Origin: Vezdaea acicularis
Taxonomy: Eukaryota
DNA length: 64,000 nt
NCBI GenBank assembly: GCA_026025075.1
Contig: JAPEUI010000031.1
Span: forward strand, 1 to 64,000
Direction of reading: 5' to 3'
In this document: positions 51,156 to 63,894 of the stretch, piece after piece
How positions within the stretch are numbered: the first letter of the stretch is position 1
How the letters are laid out: every line of letters begins with the position of its first letter
Translations under genes and position numbers: made by a program
Notes under the pieces: model-generated
Databases searched by the model: none
What the model saw: the letters and a program-made list of their open reading frames with translations, nothing else
Told to the model about the DNA's origin: nothing

Positions 51156-53003
51156 ATGACTTCTTCAATGGATCCGAGGGCCTTCTCTGCCGCCACGGCA
51201 GATTTAAGGCAATTGAAGTCCTCGGCGTCAACACCGTCACTACGGTCGCGGGAATCGCAGTTGATCGTTCCAACTGTCAGAGCGGAGCCTGGAGCTGGCA
51301 ATGTCCGAGTCGTGGTACGAGTAAGAGCATTTCTTCCTCGAGGTATGTAAGGCCTGATGAATGGCGTAAACTCAGAACTAACAAGAGATGCGTCAGAGGT
51401 CGAGCGTGGGGCAGAGTGTCTAATTGAGATGAACCCGCTTAATCAAGAGACAAAACTCCTAGTACCAGTCAACAGAGATCCTGCCAATTCGCGGACAAAT
51501 AGTCGCAAGATTACGGAAGAGAAGAGCTTCACATTCGATAATTCGTTTTGGTCTCACAATAAGGCGGACGAGAATTATGCGCATCAGGAGGATGTCTACA
51601 ATTGCTTAGGGGAAGAATTCCTTGACCACAACTTTGAGGGCTACCACACATGCATCTTTGCGTATGGACAAACAGGGTCGGGGAAATCTTATACTATGAT
51701 GGGAACTCCAGAGCAACCAGGGCTGATTCCTCGGACTTGCGAGGATCTATTCCAGCGCATCGAGTCAAACGCATCTCCTAATACCAGCTATAGCGTGCGA
51801 GTCTCCTATTTCGAAGTCTATAATGAACACGTTCGCGATCTCCTGGTCCCACGCTCCGAACCGCCATACTATCTTAAGATTAGGGAGTCGCCAACGGAAG
51901 GCCCGTACATCAAGGACTTGACAGACGCCCCTGTCAAGAACTTCACTGAATTGATGCGATTCATGAGGATGGGGGATGCAAGCCGGACAACAGCATCTAC
52001 GAAAATGAATGATACCTCCTCGCGATCTCATGCGGTGTTTACTATCATGCTCAAGCAAATCCATCATGACATGGACACAGACGAGACGACAGAGCGAATG
52101 GCACGTATACGACTGGTGGATCTGGCTGGCTCAGAGCGCGCCAAAGCAACGGAAGCTACCGGACAGCGTCTTCGTGAAGGCTCTAATATTAACAAATCTC
52201 TAACTACGCTCGGTCGAGTTATAGCTACACTTGCAGATCCACGGCATAGTCGACCCAGTAGCAGGAAGAAGGAGATTGTACCTTATCGAGATTCGATTCT
52301 GACATGGCTTCTGAAAGACAGCTTGGGCGGCAACAGCAAAACAGCAATGATTGCCTGCATAGCACCCTCCGACTATGATGAAACCCTATCCACCCTTCGC
52401 TACGCCGACCAGGCGAAACACATCCGTACCCGCGCAATTGTCAATCAAGACCACGTTAGCGCCGCAGAGCGGGATGCACAGATTGCTGAGATGCAGGAGA
52501 CAATTCGAGCCCTGCAGATCTCTGTATCGCAGCAAGCTGTTACAAAAAGAGACAATGATCTGCAGTCGGAGAAGATTGAAGAGTATCAGAAGCAAGTGGA
52601 AAAGATGCAGCGGCTTATGGAGGAGACGAAGCAGATCAGCGAGTGCAAAATCAAATCCTTACAGACGCAAAATGAAGCACTTAGGTTACATCTCAAGCTG
52701 GCAGTAGAGAGTCTGAAGAATCCTATCCCACCCGTTCTACCCATGGAAAGCGTCGGGAGTCGATCGTGCGTCGGAGATTTGCCAGAGGAGAAAGAGGACT
52801 GGGCTACGCCGGACATGATGAGCGATGCGGGCAGCGCATATGGTGACGAGGATATGGAGCATGCACAACCAAGCGGGCATGATGCGTTTGAGATGCAGGG
52901 ACATTTGGAAGAGTTGCTCAGGGACCTTGGACATTTTAAGCTGAAGGTAAAGGACGATCACAAAAGGTTCGTGCCGCCGCTTGGAGATTTAGTGGCGAAT
53001 TAG
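51156..53003 (+). CDS. Short kinesin-3-type motor (Nkin3/UncB-like)
   Basis: P-loop GQTGSGKSYT, SSRSHAVF, LVDLAGSER, VPYRDSILTWLL. Short coiled-coil tail with no recognisable FHA or PH domain; one intron ~51343-51397. Confidence 0.88.
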
Positions 53004-53315
53004 GACTTGGAGTTTGGCGTAGTTTACTGCTTGCAGAGCAACGAGGAACGATGAATTGAAGCGTTTGGTATACAATATGACATTATAGCGTACGTAGACC
53101 GTAGTTCTTATCCAGCAGCGGATCATAGGCTATGGAATTGGAACGATCCTTTGCTCTTCCAGGCTGCTCCGATCGTTCTCAGCACTAAGTCCATACTAGT
53201 ACACCTAGATACCTTGGAGATCCCGAGTACTGAGGATTGGACCACATCATACTATGTAAGGATCTCTGGTTTCATGTCTCTTACAACCGCCGTTTGAATA
53301 TCTGTATGCTGTTAC

Positions 53316-56057
53316 TCATCTTGGTCTCAGCTTCGCAATCATCCTCTCTATCTCGCCTACTGCTGATGCCGTCGCTTTATTTTTCAGACTTTCCAGCCCC
53401 TGAATATCCTTAACCTTGGATAACTCTTTTGCCGCTTCAACCTGCATACCACACTTTACCCACATCTCCGCCCTTTCGCTTGGTGAGAGTGTCGTACATT
53501 TGGAGATGAACGTGCTGGCTAACTTGGTATTACCTGCGCCTAGTATCTCATTGAAGAATGGCTCCCATCCAATAGATGAGTTACGAGGCTTTCCCATCTC
53601 TTCTAGCTCTGCCCAATCTCGTTTCGCGACGAGTGCGCGAAGGCGAATCCACCAGACAGACTTCTCAGGCGCTTTAAAGTCTGCAGCGAGCTTTTTTGCC
53701 CGAGCTGAATAACCAAGACGCGTAAGTTTGAAGAGTGTTGCATTGAGAGAGAGACCAGTAAAAGGTTCGCCGATGTCTTGATTATAGCCCTCTTGCAGGC
53801 GCAAGAGCTTACCGGCTTCATCAATAGCTCGTAATTCGAATACATGCGGTTTACTATCTGCGAGAGAGTTCGACGAGAGCTTCAATTTATGAATTGATGT
53901 ATCGAGGGTAGGTTGAGACAGAGATTCGCGGAAGAGTAGCATAGCAGCATCAAGTCGGCGGTCGTCTTGATAGTAAAGATCTGTGAGTAAGTCTTCATCT
54001 TGGGCACGGGCAGAAGATTCGACAAGAGCGCTGGCTGTTGGCCGATTATTTATGACTCGGAAGAAACTAGTGAGAGGTAATTTTGACCTGAGGTGAAGCA
54101 GGACAAAGTATATGAGATCAGTGTCACCGCTTTCAATTGCTTTGTCAAGAGCAATCTCGTCTTCTTCCATCAACAGAAGCAGCGGGACCTGCTTTCCTGC
54201 CCGCGGTTCGTAATTGAGAAGCTCAGTGGCTAGCCGACTTCGACCCTCGTCATGTGCAGCCCGTGCAATCTCTTCAAACGAGACCCCACGCTTGTCACGG
54301 AGTTTGGAAACTATAAGTCGGCAGATATTGTCTTCATCATCCGTAGAGACTCGTACTTTCTGGGATGCCCAATGTATATAAATCTTCTCCGCTGGTAGAC
54401 GCAAATATTCTGAGACTCGTAAAGCCAGAAGGTATTCCCTCCTGTTGATCAATCTTTGAACTAGTCTCTCCGGCCCCAGTCGAATAAATTGGTCATGAGA
54501 AATTGGAAGGCCAATTTCATAGTAGCGAACAGCGTTGAGAACTCGAAGTGCCTCGCACATATCGACAAAGTCATCGCTACTGTATAGATCGAGAACAGAC
54601 TTGCCAAAGGATGCAGCCTTCAACAACTGCTTTTGCCAGTGGACGTCATATTCATTGCCAGCAGCCTCGACGCAAGCATCTACCGCTTCAACAAGGTTGG
54701 GCCGAATTAACTGGATATTATCGTCCGCTTTTGGTGACCTTTTCTCTAGCTGGTCAACAGCATCGAGTAGTACTGAAGCTGGCGAAGTGGATCCCAACCT
54801 GAAGATCGCCTCTGTGACGTCTGACCATATTAGTACGTTTTCAAACATAGGAGCCTGATGCGCTAACCAGGCACCTTCTGGAGGAACTCGCAAACTTCAT
54901 TGCTTATGACTCGAACACCATCTATGTCTGCTACAAGATGTACTCGCCCATCGTAATAATGCCTAGTCAAAGTTTGAGAGACCTCATTCGTATTAGTTGG
55001 TGAGAAGGAACCTTACTGCGATGCTGCACCGTTAGGTCCAACCATATGTATTTCGTCCTCCCAAGCTAAAACAACAGAACTGTTGCCACACCATTGTACA
55101 TCCTTCGGGACCGTCTTGGCCCGGGTGTCGTACTCGCTCAACTTGTTTTGAAAATCACTACTGACAACCCAAAGCTTGCCATCCTCTGTATACAGAGCAG
55201 CAAATTCTCCGTTTGGTGAAATACTAACATGGGTGAAGGGGCCATTTTGTAACACTCGATCTTCCGAGTCGGTAGCATCTATGACGTAGATTGTTGGTCC
55301 AATGGACAGGAGAACTTCGACGGACCGAGAGAGGGTATATGTAGGAGCAATGAGTGCCCAGGAGCTGACATTTCCTTCTGGCGGCGGCGCTAGAAGCTTT
55401 GGCCTTGGTTCGTCATACCGCGATACAGAAATGAGCTGATTATTCGATAATAAGGCAACAAACCCTGAAGACCAGAATTTGCATTCCTTCACCCCAAGTT
55501 CCTCTGCTCCCTAAAGGCACCCTTCCTTTAGCACCAAAAGCTTTCAGACCCTTGAGGGCTTGAACATACGTTGCCGAGAGAGAATTGCGTAAAATCTCCT
55601 TGAAGATCGTAATAACACCTTACAGTCCCATCTTCTGTTATAACTAGGAGTTTTTCATCGTCTGACCACCCTAACCCTCTGATTGACCCTTTATCCCACT
55701 AGGCTGTTCAGCATATTGAAGACAGCATTAGAGTGTCGATTTGCTTTGGCGTGCTCACATTGATCCTTCTTATAAGCTTTCCCGCGCAACTGTAAATATC
55801 GAGGCTCGATTTCGCAGCCGATGTACCTCGGTATGATTGTAACTTGGACGCGTCACGTTGAAGTGCTGGATATCAGATTAGATCGAGTTTACCCTCGGAC
55901 TTGCCTCGGAACGCTTACCAAGAGCTCCACTGTATGGAGCTCCGATTACTACGTAATTCTCAAGCTCCAGGTCTTCGTCAAAGACTGCAGTATACAGCTG
56001 GATCTTCCTATAGAATTTGTCGCCAATCTTCTCCCAGTCAGTGGTTGGGCCTGACAT
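53316..56057 (-). CDS. VPS16: HOPS/CORVET subunit Vps16
   Basis: N-terminus MSGPTTDWEKIGDKFYRK; QKQLLKAASFGKS and ALDKAIESGDTDLI motifs; about 5 short introns. Confidence 0.95.
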
Positions 56058-56254
56058 TGCCCGGTTTCTTGGGTTTTTATTGCCGCAAGGTCATTTATGA
56101 GGTGACCGCGGCAGTAGCACAATGCCTAGGCAAAGCTTAGGGCCGCAAGCCGAGAGTTCTCTCGAGAAATCTGCCTTCGGCTCCAGACCTCCAACCGACC
56201 TCTATATCAACAAATGGGGTTCGAAAATGCGCCCTGCAACACCACGATTGTGCA

Positions 56255-57687
56255 ATGGAGAGTCGGCCCCTTGTTGACCGAGTTCAAAGTCTTGGAGATT
56301 TGGAACTGGCTGTCCTTCTAAGTCTAGTTGCCCAGGAGCATTGTTTAATCTGGACGGAGGATGAGCTTATTGATGCACTTGGACAAGAACTTGAGTTGGT
56401 AGATATAATGAATTCAGAGCTAGCAAATTGTGTGAGTTAAATGAACCTAGGCTTGTACCAAGGTTTTTGGACTTTCACCAGTCGTGCTCGAGTGCTCCGA
56501 GCAGACCACTTTGGACGACTTCAGCTCTGGTATTCTTATTGAGGATGATCAGATTGCGCCAAGTTCTCAAAGGGCTACTTACTACGGGGGGCAGGTAAGA
56601 TATCCTCCCCGAGCCTTGTATGCTCCCGATCCTGCTCCCGCTCTTGCTGATACTTCTGCAGAGCTCATACTTCACCAATCGACTCTCCGGCAGTCACTTT
56701 GGCTCGTTGTCTCGATCACCACTAAGAGATTCAATAGCGGACAGCCAGAGGATAGCGAATCTGGTGATTGCAAAGAATTTGAACACTGCTAGGCCTCAAG
56801 TGCAAATTCAGGCCCTTGAAGTAAGCTTCTCCTTGCGGTGAACTCGTTCAGTGACAGTAATGCCCCCTAGCTCATACGCACCAAACGAATCTTCACGAGA
56901 ACTTCCTTTCAAAGCGCCCCTCAAAGGTTTGTGCTCATCGCGTTGCTCACAAAGGACTCGATGCCCTTGTGTAATCATCTAGTACGTACGTATGGACCCT
57001 TTTTACTCGTAGACGCTCACGTCCCATTTGTAGAATGATCATATCTTCATATCCCACTATCATGGGGCAGAAGACGAGTTTCTCAATCTCGAGGAAGCGG
57101 GCAATGGCAGTAGCAGTGACACAAATTCAATCTCGTCTGTAATACATACGCCCCGTAAAGGAGTTCCAGATCTTGATTACGAACCACTCCTTTCTTCTAT
57201 GGTAAGTCTGGCTGCTCCTCTTTAAAGACCCATAAGAGTGGTATTTTAACTCTTTTGTAGGAAGTTGATGAGCTGATTGACAAACGGAAGCACGTGCGAA
57301 TTAGTATAGAAGCAATGCAATATCTGCAGAACATCTCCGTATTCTTGAGACTTCACAGAGCTGTTGCTGGAGGTGTTTCTTCTCATGCTTCCAAGCACTT
57401 TAGTCTACTGCTCAAGTAAAGTTATGATTCCCTGGATAATGGGTGAGGCTTGCTAACCCTAGTTTAGATGTATGGCTCCTCTACATCAGCTAGAGTATGT
57501 TACGCCTTCGCTGGTTGCATTGGCGGCCCGTAAGATATATCCTCACAGGATTGAAGTTGCCAAACCCGAGACTGAACGAAGCATGCAGTGGGGCAGTGAC
57601 TACAATGCCGTTACAGCGATGCTGGATGGACTCACAGCAGAGTCTATAGTTGAAGATGTACTAGGGGCTCTTGAAGTCCCGCTCTAG
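56255..57687 (+). CDS. Mtc2-like / ChlI-lid degenerate AAA-related protein (multi-exon)
   Basis: LGDLELAVLLSLVAQEHC, QVQIQALE|LIRTKRI, FLRLHRAVAGGVS and YVTPSLVALAARKIYPHRI; many short introns. Confidence 0.75.
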
Positions 57688-57955
57688 TTCCTGTGAGGGA
57701 ACGTGTGGAAAGCCCAAACGGACAATAAGTTTAGTGGACGCTGATCTTCGTACATTGAGTTTGTACGGTGTACAGCTTGTAATCTTACTAGTCGCCGACG
57801 ATCGATACATGAAGCAGCTATTACCCACGTCAAGAGATACATGTTTCTGACCTTTCAAGTTCATGTAGCTGTCTCTACATAAAAAAGTGTAATTTCTAGA
57901 CTCGGTTCAATGGCTGGCTTTCATCCTCAACAGCAACACAGCGGATTGTAAGCAT

Positions 57956-59187
57956 CTATTCCATGACAATTACAGCACGGAACCTGGCCTTGCCACTAGT
58001 CATATGCTCAAATGCTTTCTGTGCGTCTTTGAGCGGGAACTTTTCAATCATACAGTTGACGTCCTTGATTTGCGCAAATTCGATTGCCTCTTCGCTATCC
58101 AGTGCATGGCCACTTGGCCAGCCATTAACAGAAGTGCCGGGCAAAATAAGAGAAAGGGTGTTGATACTGACATCGCCACAGGCTGAATAGTGTGAGATTC
58201 TCCCCTACTATTTGAAAAGTGATGGAGCAGAAGGACTTACGGGAGAGGATAAGCAGCTTTCCGCCTGGGGCGAGGCCGGCAGTCAGGGGACCAATGATCT
58301 GCGGGCTGGGCGCGGTACAAACGATCATATCAGCACCGCCCATCGACTTTAACTTTGCAACTGCATCTTCCTTGCTACCATCCACGTAATGGCTCGCGCC
58401 AAGTTTCTTCGCGAAGTCGGCCTTGCTAGCGCTGCTACTGAGTGCTACTACCTCATATCCCATCTTGTTTGCATATTGTAGTGCGAGATGTCCTAGTCCA
58501 CCTAATCCTTGAATGGCAACAATTCCGCCAGGCGTGATCCTCATCTGTCGCATACCGTTGAAGACGGTCACACCTGCACAGAGGAGTGGTGCAGTCGCCG
58601 CCGGATCAAGTTCCTTAGGGACGCGAACCACTGCTTCGGTACGGAGAAGAACATATTCAGAATCTTGAAGAATACTTAGTATGGCCGTGTCATATAATTG
58701 CGGAGGGGTCTCGCATACAGCCGCCATCCCTTGTGACTCCGTTAACCGCCTCATTTTCACATATCTGGAAGAGGCCGCGATTGCAACGCTTGCAAGTCCC
58801 TGTGATTAGACTCTCAGCAATATTCCTTTCAGCACTACAACCTCTTCATACCGTCGTGACCACCATGCCAAGGAGCTCCAACCCTGTCACCAATCTTGAA
58901 CTTGGTCTCGCCCTCTCCAACTGCAACAACATCACCTACAGCCTCGTGACCTGGTATGAGAGGGCTAGAACTGTAAGTTTGATGTTGTTCAAGCAGGTGT
59001 ACATCGCCTACAAGGAGTTGCCAAATGCGCCGGTAGCAGCATCAGCGTCTGAACGACAGACGCCGCAAGCCAACACTTTAACGAGAACTTCTCCTCGTTT
59101 GGGTTCATGAACAGGCACATCCTTAATGACTAAAGGTGTGTTGGCTGACTCAAACACAGCAGCCTTACAAGTCTTTGGAATGGCCAT
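57956..59187 (-). CDS. Zinc-dependent medium-chain alcohol dehydrogenase
   Basis: CGVCRSD, PGHE, HDGTCKRC...[10 protein letters not shown], Rossmann QGLGGLG, C-terminal GKARFRAV; 4 introns. Confidence 0.93.
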
Positions 59188-59414
59188 TGCTGCTTACTTC
59201 GGTAAGTCCGGGATTAGTTTTGGGGGTGGGATGAATGAGGGGCACTAGAGCGATGGATATCTGACATACCTTCTTAAGACGGTTCGCTTGGTGTCCCCGA
59301 AGATTGACAGATAATTTGCGGCTGTTGATGGGTGTTTTGGATGAACAGAACAGATGCTCACGGCTTGTTGTGAAGAGATGAGTCAAGTTGGGGAATAATC
59401 CTCTACTATATGTT

Positions 59415-59526
59415 TAATTTGACGCGGAAGAGGGGCATATCGCTGGTTGCTTCCACTTTAGTGGTGCATGTCACTAATTTGACGCGCAAGAAGCATATCG
59501 CCGAAAGCTTCGGGTTTAGTGACGCA
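59415..59526. repeat. Imperfect ~60-bp-period direct repeat in the divergent promoter
   Basis: taatttgacgcg..aga..gcatatcgc....gcttc...tttagtg occurs at 59415 and again at 59475. Confidence 0.75.
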
Positions 59527-59725
59527 AGTTCTCCGCGCGCGGAACCATCCGGGAACACATCCCAGGGTTTGGAGCGGAAAGTCTCCGGGCCTGAATCCAG
59601 TGAATGTATGAAGTATATCGTCATAGACTTTTTAAGCGAGTATCATGAGGTAGTTCTATAGCTTCAGACATTTAAAGATCTTCATCTTACACCTCATTCA
59701 CAAATCGTCTGCGAAACTTCAGGTT

Positions 59726-60629
59726 ATGGCTCTGCAGCTAGGGACAGCACGATGGCTGGCGCCAGCCAGCTTCGTCATTGACTTTGCGGCGCAAATGTAT
59801 GGGATTTTTTCCACGCCAAATATGTTAGACATCCACGAGAAGAACATCTCATTCTTCAGCCCCCAACCACAGTTCATTGGAGCATTCTTTGCACCACAGC
59901 AAGTAATCCAGCTGATCTGGTTATATAAGCTATGGACATTGGACCCGAAGAAAAGCGAGAAGACAAGATTGGAGCTAAATGGGATTGTTGATTATGTACC
60001 GTACTACTCGGTTGGGAACATTTGTATCGCAAGTGAGTTGATCCCTGAAACGCAGATGGTTACGTAGCTAATAGGAAGAAAAGGCTGGATGCTATTTTGG
60101 AATAGCGATCGGCTTGACCTTTCGTTCATTCCTGTTATAATCAACACCTCGGCTCAGCTATACTATGTCTTCACTAAGCTTCCACCCATGGACACAAAGT
60201 CAACCGCAAGCATCTTAACGCATATTGTTAGCAAAACATTTGCGGGGATCGGCATTCTCGACGTCCTTCACAACGGTGCCGCAGCTTTTGCTGTGAACGA
60301 GCCAGCTCCGTTGCTAGCCAAGATCTTGACTGGAGCCTTCTTCATCCCAGTAGCGGCCATGAGTGACTGGATACTTGGTGGGTGCTTGGTTTACGATTTG
60401 GTGGCCCTGACCGTTGGTCAGAGCGGGAGTTGGGGGACGCTGCTGGGTATTTACGCAGGGGTCTGCGCTGGCCTAGTTGGGTTGAAGAACTGGGCACGGT
60501 AGGTATGACCGAGCATGATGTCTTTCCCAGGAAAGCTGACTCTGACGGCGGGGCTTTAGACCACCGTATCGAAGAGAGGATGTTGATTACGGACTGGTTG
60601 AGGATAGGAGTCCTGATGGTTTGGTATAA
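59726..60629 (+). CDS. Conserved hypothetical multi-pass membrane protein (3 exons)
   Basis: Hydrophobic ORFs 59726-60067 and 60089-60502 joined by intron ~60033-60083. Probable final exon after intron 60499-60559 (RPPYRREDV...GLV*). Confidence 0.75.
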
Positions 60630-62268
60630 ATTGCTTTGATGGAGTATTCCGGAGAAGTACGCACACGAGCGGGCAATACACCAGGCCCGGTGCATGATGG
60701 ACGCAGGCGCCACGCAGGGTAAAAGTAACAGGTACTAGAGAGTAATATATACATCCTAGTGGATATATTGCAGTAGTCAATAGATGTATACATACTGTCG
60801 AACACTAGGAATCGCGTGATCGGATCGACGGTAGGTCATGTGGTGTCGGCCTGGCGCAGATTGCAAGCTCAAGTAGTATGCACATGATGTGAACAGGCCT
60901 GTGCTCATTCTGTTATAACATAGACGTATAGCAGAAGGATGATTAGTACGTCAAAAGGTTGACGCGTCCGATCATGAATTTCCGAGCTTCGATGTTGAGG
61001 ACGGGACGAACGGGATCGCTTAGCTAATATAAAGGCGCCTGGACGGAGGGCCAAGGCCGGAGATCGGCAGACGCGCGATCTCGCATGGCCTCACCCAAAG
61101 CGTGCCCCGGGCGCATCACCCTTGATCGGGACCGCCGCAGCAGCCGACCACGCCGACCCGATTCTCCGCTCCTCCCCCGCGCTCGCCGACGCTCAGGCCG
61201 TCAACAAAGAACAAAAAACCCAGAACCCTCACAGATGTGATTTCCGTTGAGAGTGGGAGCAAGCGCATGTTGAAGAAACAGCCCATTTTAACCCCCATCC
61301 CTTCCTTCGTGCGCGCCCCCACGATTTTATCACCGGACGCTACTCCCCACGTCACTTGCCCTTATCAGTTGTTCACTGATGAGACACCAGCGCGACTGAT
61401 GTTCGGGTCCGCAAAGCACTACGAGGTCGCGATGATCACTCTCGGCCACTAGGAAGCCGGCCAGGGTTGGTCCCGGGAACCGGATGCAGCCATCTCGCGC
61501 GACTACGACCACTCGTCGCAGCCCTTAGAGCAGCAGACGGAGATCCCGAGCTGCTTCACACGATGAATTTCCCTATCAGCGGATCGCTGCATGGGGTTCG
61601 CCCTCGTGTTGTTAGGGCACAAAGGGACGTCCACTAACGCGCCGTCTCAAGTGCGTAATACGAGGGCCGTCGGAGATGACTAAGAGATGGAGTGGCTTAA
61701 CTCCCCAGGCGCTGACCCCCGATCGGGCGGTGACTGTCTGGGGTCGGTCACTTCCTTTTCCAGCTCCTCTGCATCATTCCTTCCTTTTTGGCGTCTCTCC
61801 CTATAATCCGCCTTCTTTCTTCCCGTTCTGCCTTCTTCATCCCCATCACCGCTATCCTTGAAACCTTCACATTCCTTACGAATCCTCTTATCGACGTGGT
61901 TTGGAGCCTAATGCAGCGGCTGCCCGAGTACAGACATCACAGCTGAGCCGCCAGCCACGCTCGCTGTGACTCTACCCCGTATATGGCGGCGACGCTAATG
62001 ATACACTCTCCACACATTTGATGCGACCGGTGCCCTCGCATATCCACACTTATACAATCGGCAGACCGTGAGAGTGGTGTTACTGTTACAGCTCCTGGAA
62101 ATTGGCGGTTCTGGTCTGCCTGCCTGAATCTGCTCGAACCTCGGTACTCGATACCGTACGTTGACTTCGAGTTATTCACTGGGGTCAACAGGATAGGAGG
62201 TCGAATTTGGACCTCTTCAATATACTCGAGCATTTGGGTTGGAGGTATTTCCCTCGCTGGATATCGTC

Positions 62269-63564
62269 ATGTCATTCTGGTTACAATACGTAGCGAATCC
62301 GCCGATACCGGATCATTGTGAACCAACAACACCATTCCTAGCATTTCTCTCTTCGCATTTACACACCTGCGTACCGACTCCCCTTGCCCTCATCACAACC
62401 ACTCTCGGCACCCTAAGTATCTGCTCATGGTTATTCGCCCAGCTCCCCCAGATTTTCAAGAACTACTCCTTGAAGTCGACGAGCGGCCTCAGCATATACT
62501 TCTTGGTCGAATGGCTGTTAGGAGATGTCACAAACCTATTAGGGGCTATTTTTACCAGACAAGCGTCATGGCAGGTGATTATAGCTACGTACTATGTCTT
62601 CGTTGACGTTGTACTGGTATACCAATATGCCTGGTACACGAAATTCAGGCCCAGACGACGAGGCAGGATCGACGTCATACATGTTGATGGGAACGATGAC
62701 CGAGACAGGGAGCTTCTGCACGACATACTAGACGGCGTCCCTCCTGGCTATATACCGGACTCAGATGTGGCAAGCCAGAGCAGCACGGCTAAGCTCCGAG
62801 ATCAAAATAGTCTCTTCACGACACCAAGTTACTCCTCCTCACCACCTCCTAAAGAGCACACCTCTTCCGGCTCCTCTACGCCCCAGAACAACCGCACCAT
62901 CCGCCGCATTCAGAACCCCCCTTCACCCATCGCATCTCCGAGGACCTTCCTCTTTATATCTCTGCTCTGTGTCCTTGCTAGGGCGCAACCCCTATCCACC
63001 AGCACAAGCACCACTTCCCCCCAAACGACCTTCGAATCCACCTCGAGAACCGAGCTTGCAGGGCGCATTCTCTCCTGGATCTCTACACTTCTCTATCTTG
63101 GCTCGCGTCTCCCCCAGATCTACAAGAACCTTATGCGCCGCTCCACCTCTGGCCTCTCCGCAGAGCTCTTCATCGCCGCTTTCTTCGGCAACCTATTCTA
63201 CTCCACGTCCCTCCTCACCAATCCCTGCGCATGGTCCGACTTCCCTGCCTATGGCGGCGGCGGCTGGGCAGGTCCCGAAGGCAACGACCGCCTCGAGTGG
63301 GTGAGCTTGGCCGCCCCCTTCTTTCTGGGGGCGGCGGGCGTTCTGGCGCTCGATGCGACGGTGGGCATGCAATTCATCTTGTTCGGCGAGGGCGAAGAGA
63401 AGATTATCAAGGATGAGGAGGGCCACTGGCAGAAAGTCTCGGGGTGGATGAGAGGCTGGGTTCCTAGCATCAGTGCGCGGAATGGGGGGAGTGAGAGCGA
63501 GAGCGAGAGTGGGGAGCGGGAGGTGCTGCTTTCGAGGAACGGGGAGGCGTATGGGAGTATTTGA
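62269..63564 (+). CDS. PQ-loop vacuolar amino-acid transporter (Ypq1/Rtc2/PQLC2-like)
   Basis: Two PQ repeats (WLFAQLPQIFKNY...STSGLS; LYLGSRLPQIYKN...STSGLS) and a C-terminal acidic dileucine-like EREVLL. Confidence 0.9.
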   Translation: MSFWLQYVANPPIPDHCEPTTPFLAFLSSHLHTCVPTPLALITTTLGTLSICSWLFAQLPQIFKNYSLKSTSGLSIYFLVEWLLGDVTNLLGAIFTRQASWQVIIATYYVFVDVVLVYQYAWYTKFRPRRRGRIDVIHVDGNDDRDRELLHDILDGVPPGYIPDSDVASQSSTAKLRDQNSLFTTPSYSSSPPPKEHTSSGSSTPQNNRTIRRIQNPPSPIASPRTFLFISLLCVLARAQPLSTSTSTTSPQTTFESTSRTELAGRILSWISTLLYLGSRLPQIYKNLMRRSTSGLSAELFIAAFFGNLFYSTSLLTNPCAWSDFPAYGGGGWAGPEGNDRLEWVSLAAPFFLGAAGVLALDATVGMQFILFGEGEEKIIKDEEGHWQKVSGWMRGWVPSISARNGGSESESESGEREVLLSRNGEAYGSI

Positions 63565-63894
63565 TCGCATTTATGGCGTACTTTCCTTACTAAGAGCATT
63601 CAAGCGGTGTGGTGTATATTCAATTCTAGCATCTAGGTCTGCATTTTCATTTGGGTAGGCGCGTTCGAGTTTGAGTGGAACAGGTTATTATCGCTGTTAA
63701 GTGGTGGAAGGGTTTAGCTCCCTTTACGGAGATGGTAGCAAATGTCTAGCTAATAACCAGCTGATCAATTCGTTATAGGCGACGAAGAGGCAGCAAGCGG
63801 CAAGCGGACCGTAGAGGGAGAATGGACACGATGCAAAAAACCGTGATTCTCTAGTGACCTATATGCAATGAATTGGGGAAAACCACCTCTCGAT

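Noticed and set aside
61040..61700. Possible telomerase RNA or riboswitch in the GC-rich gap
   Set aside because: No TAACCCTAA-type template and no TPP-aptamer consensus seen.
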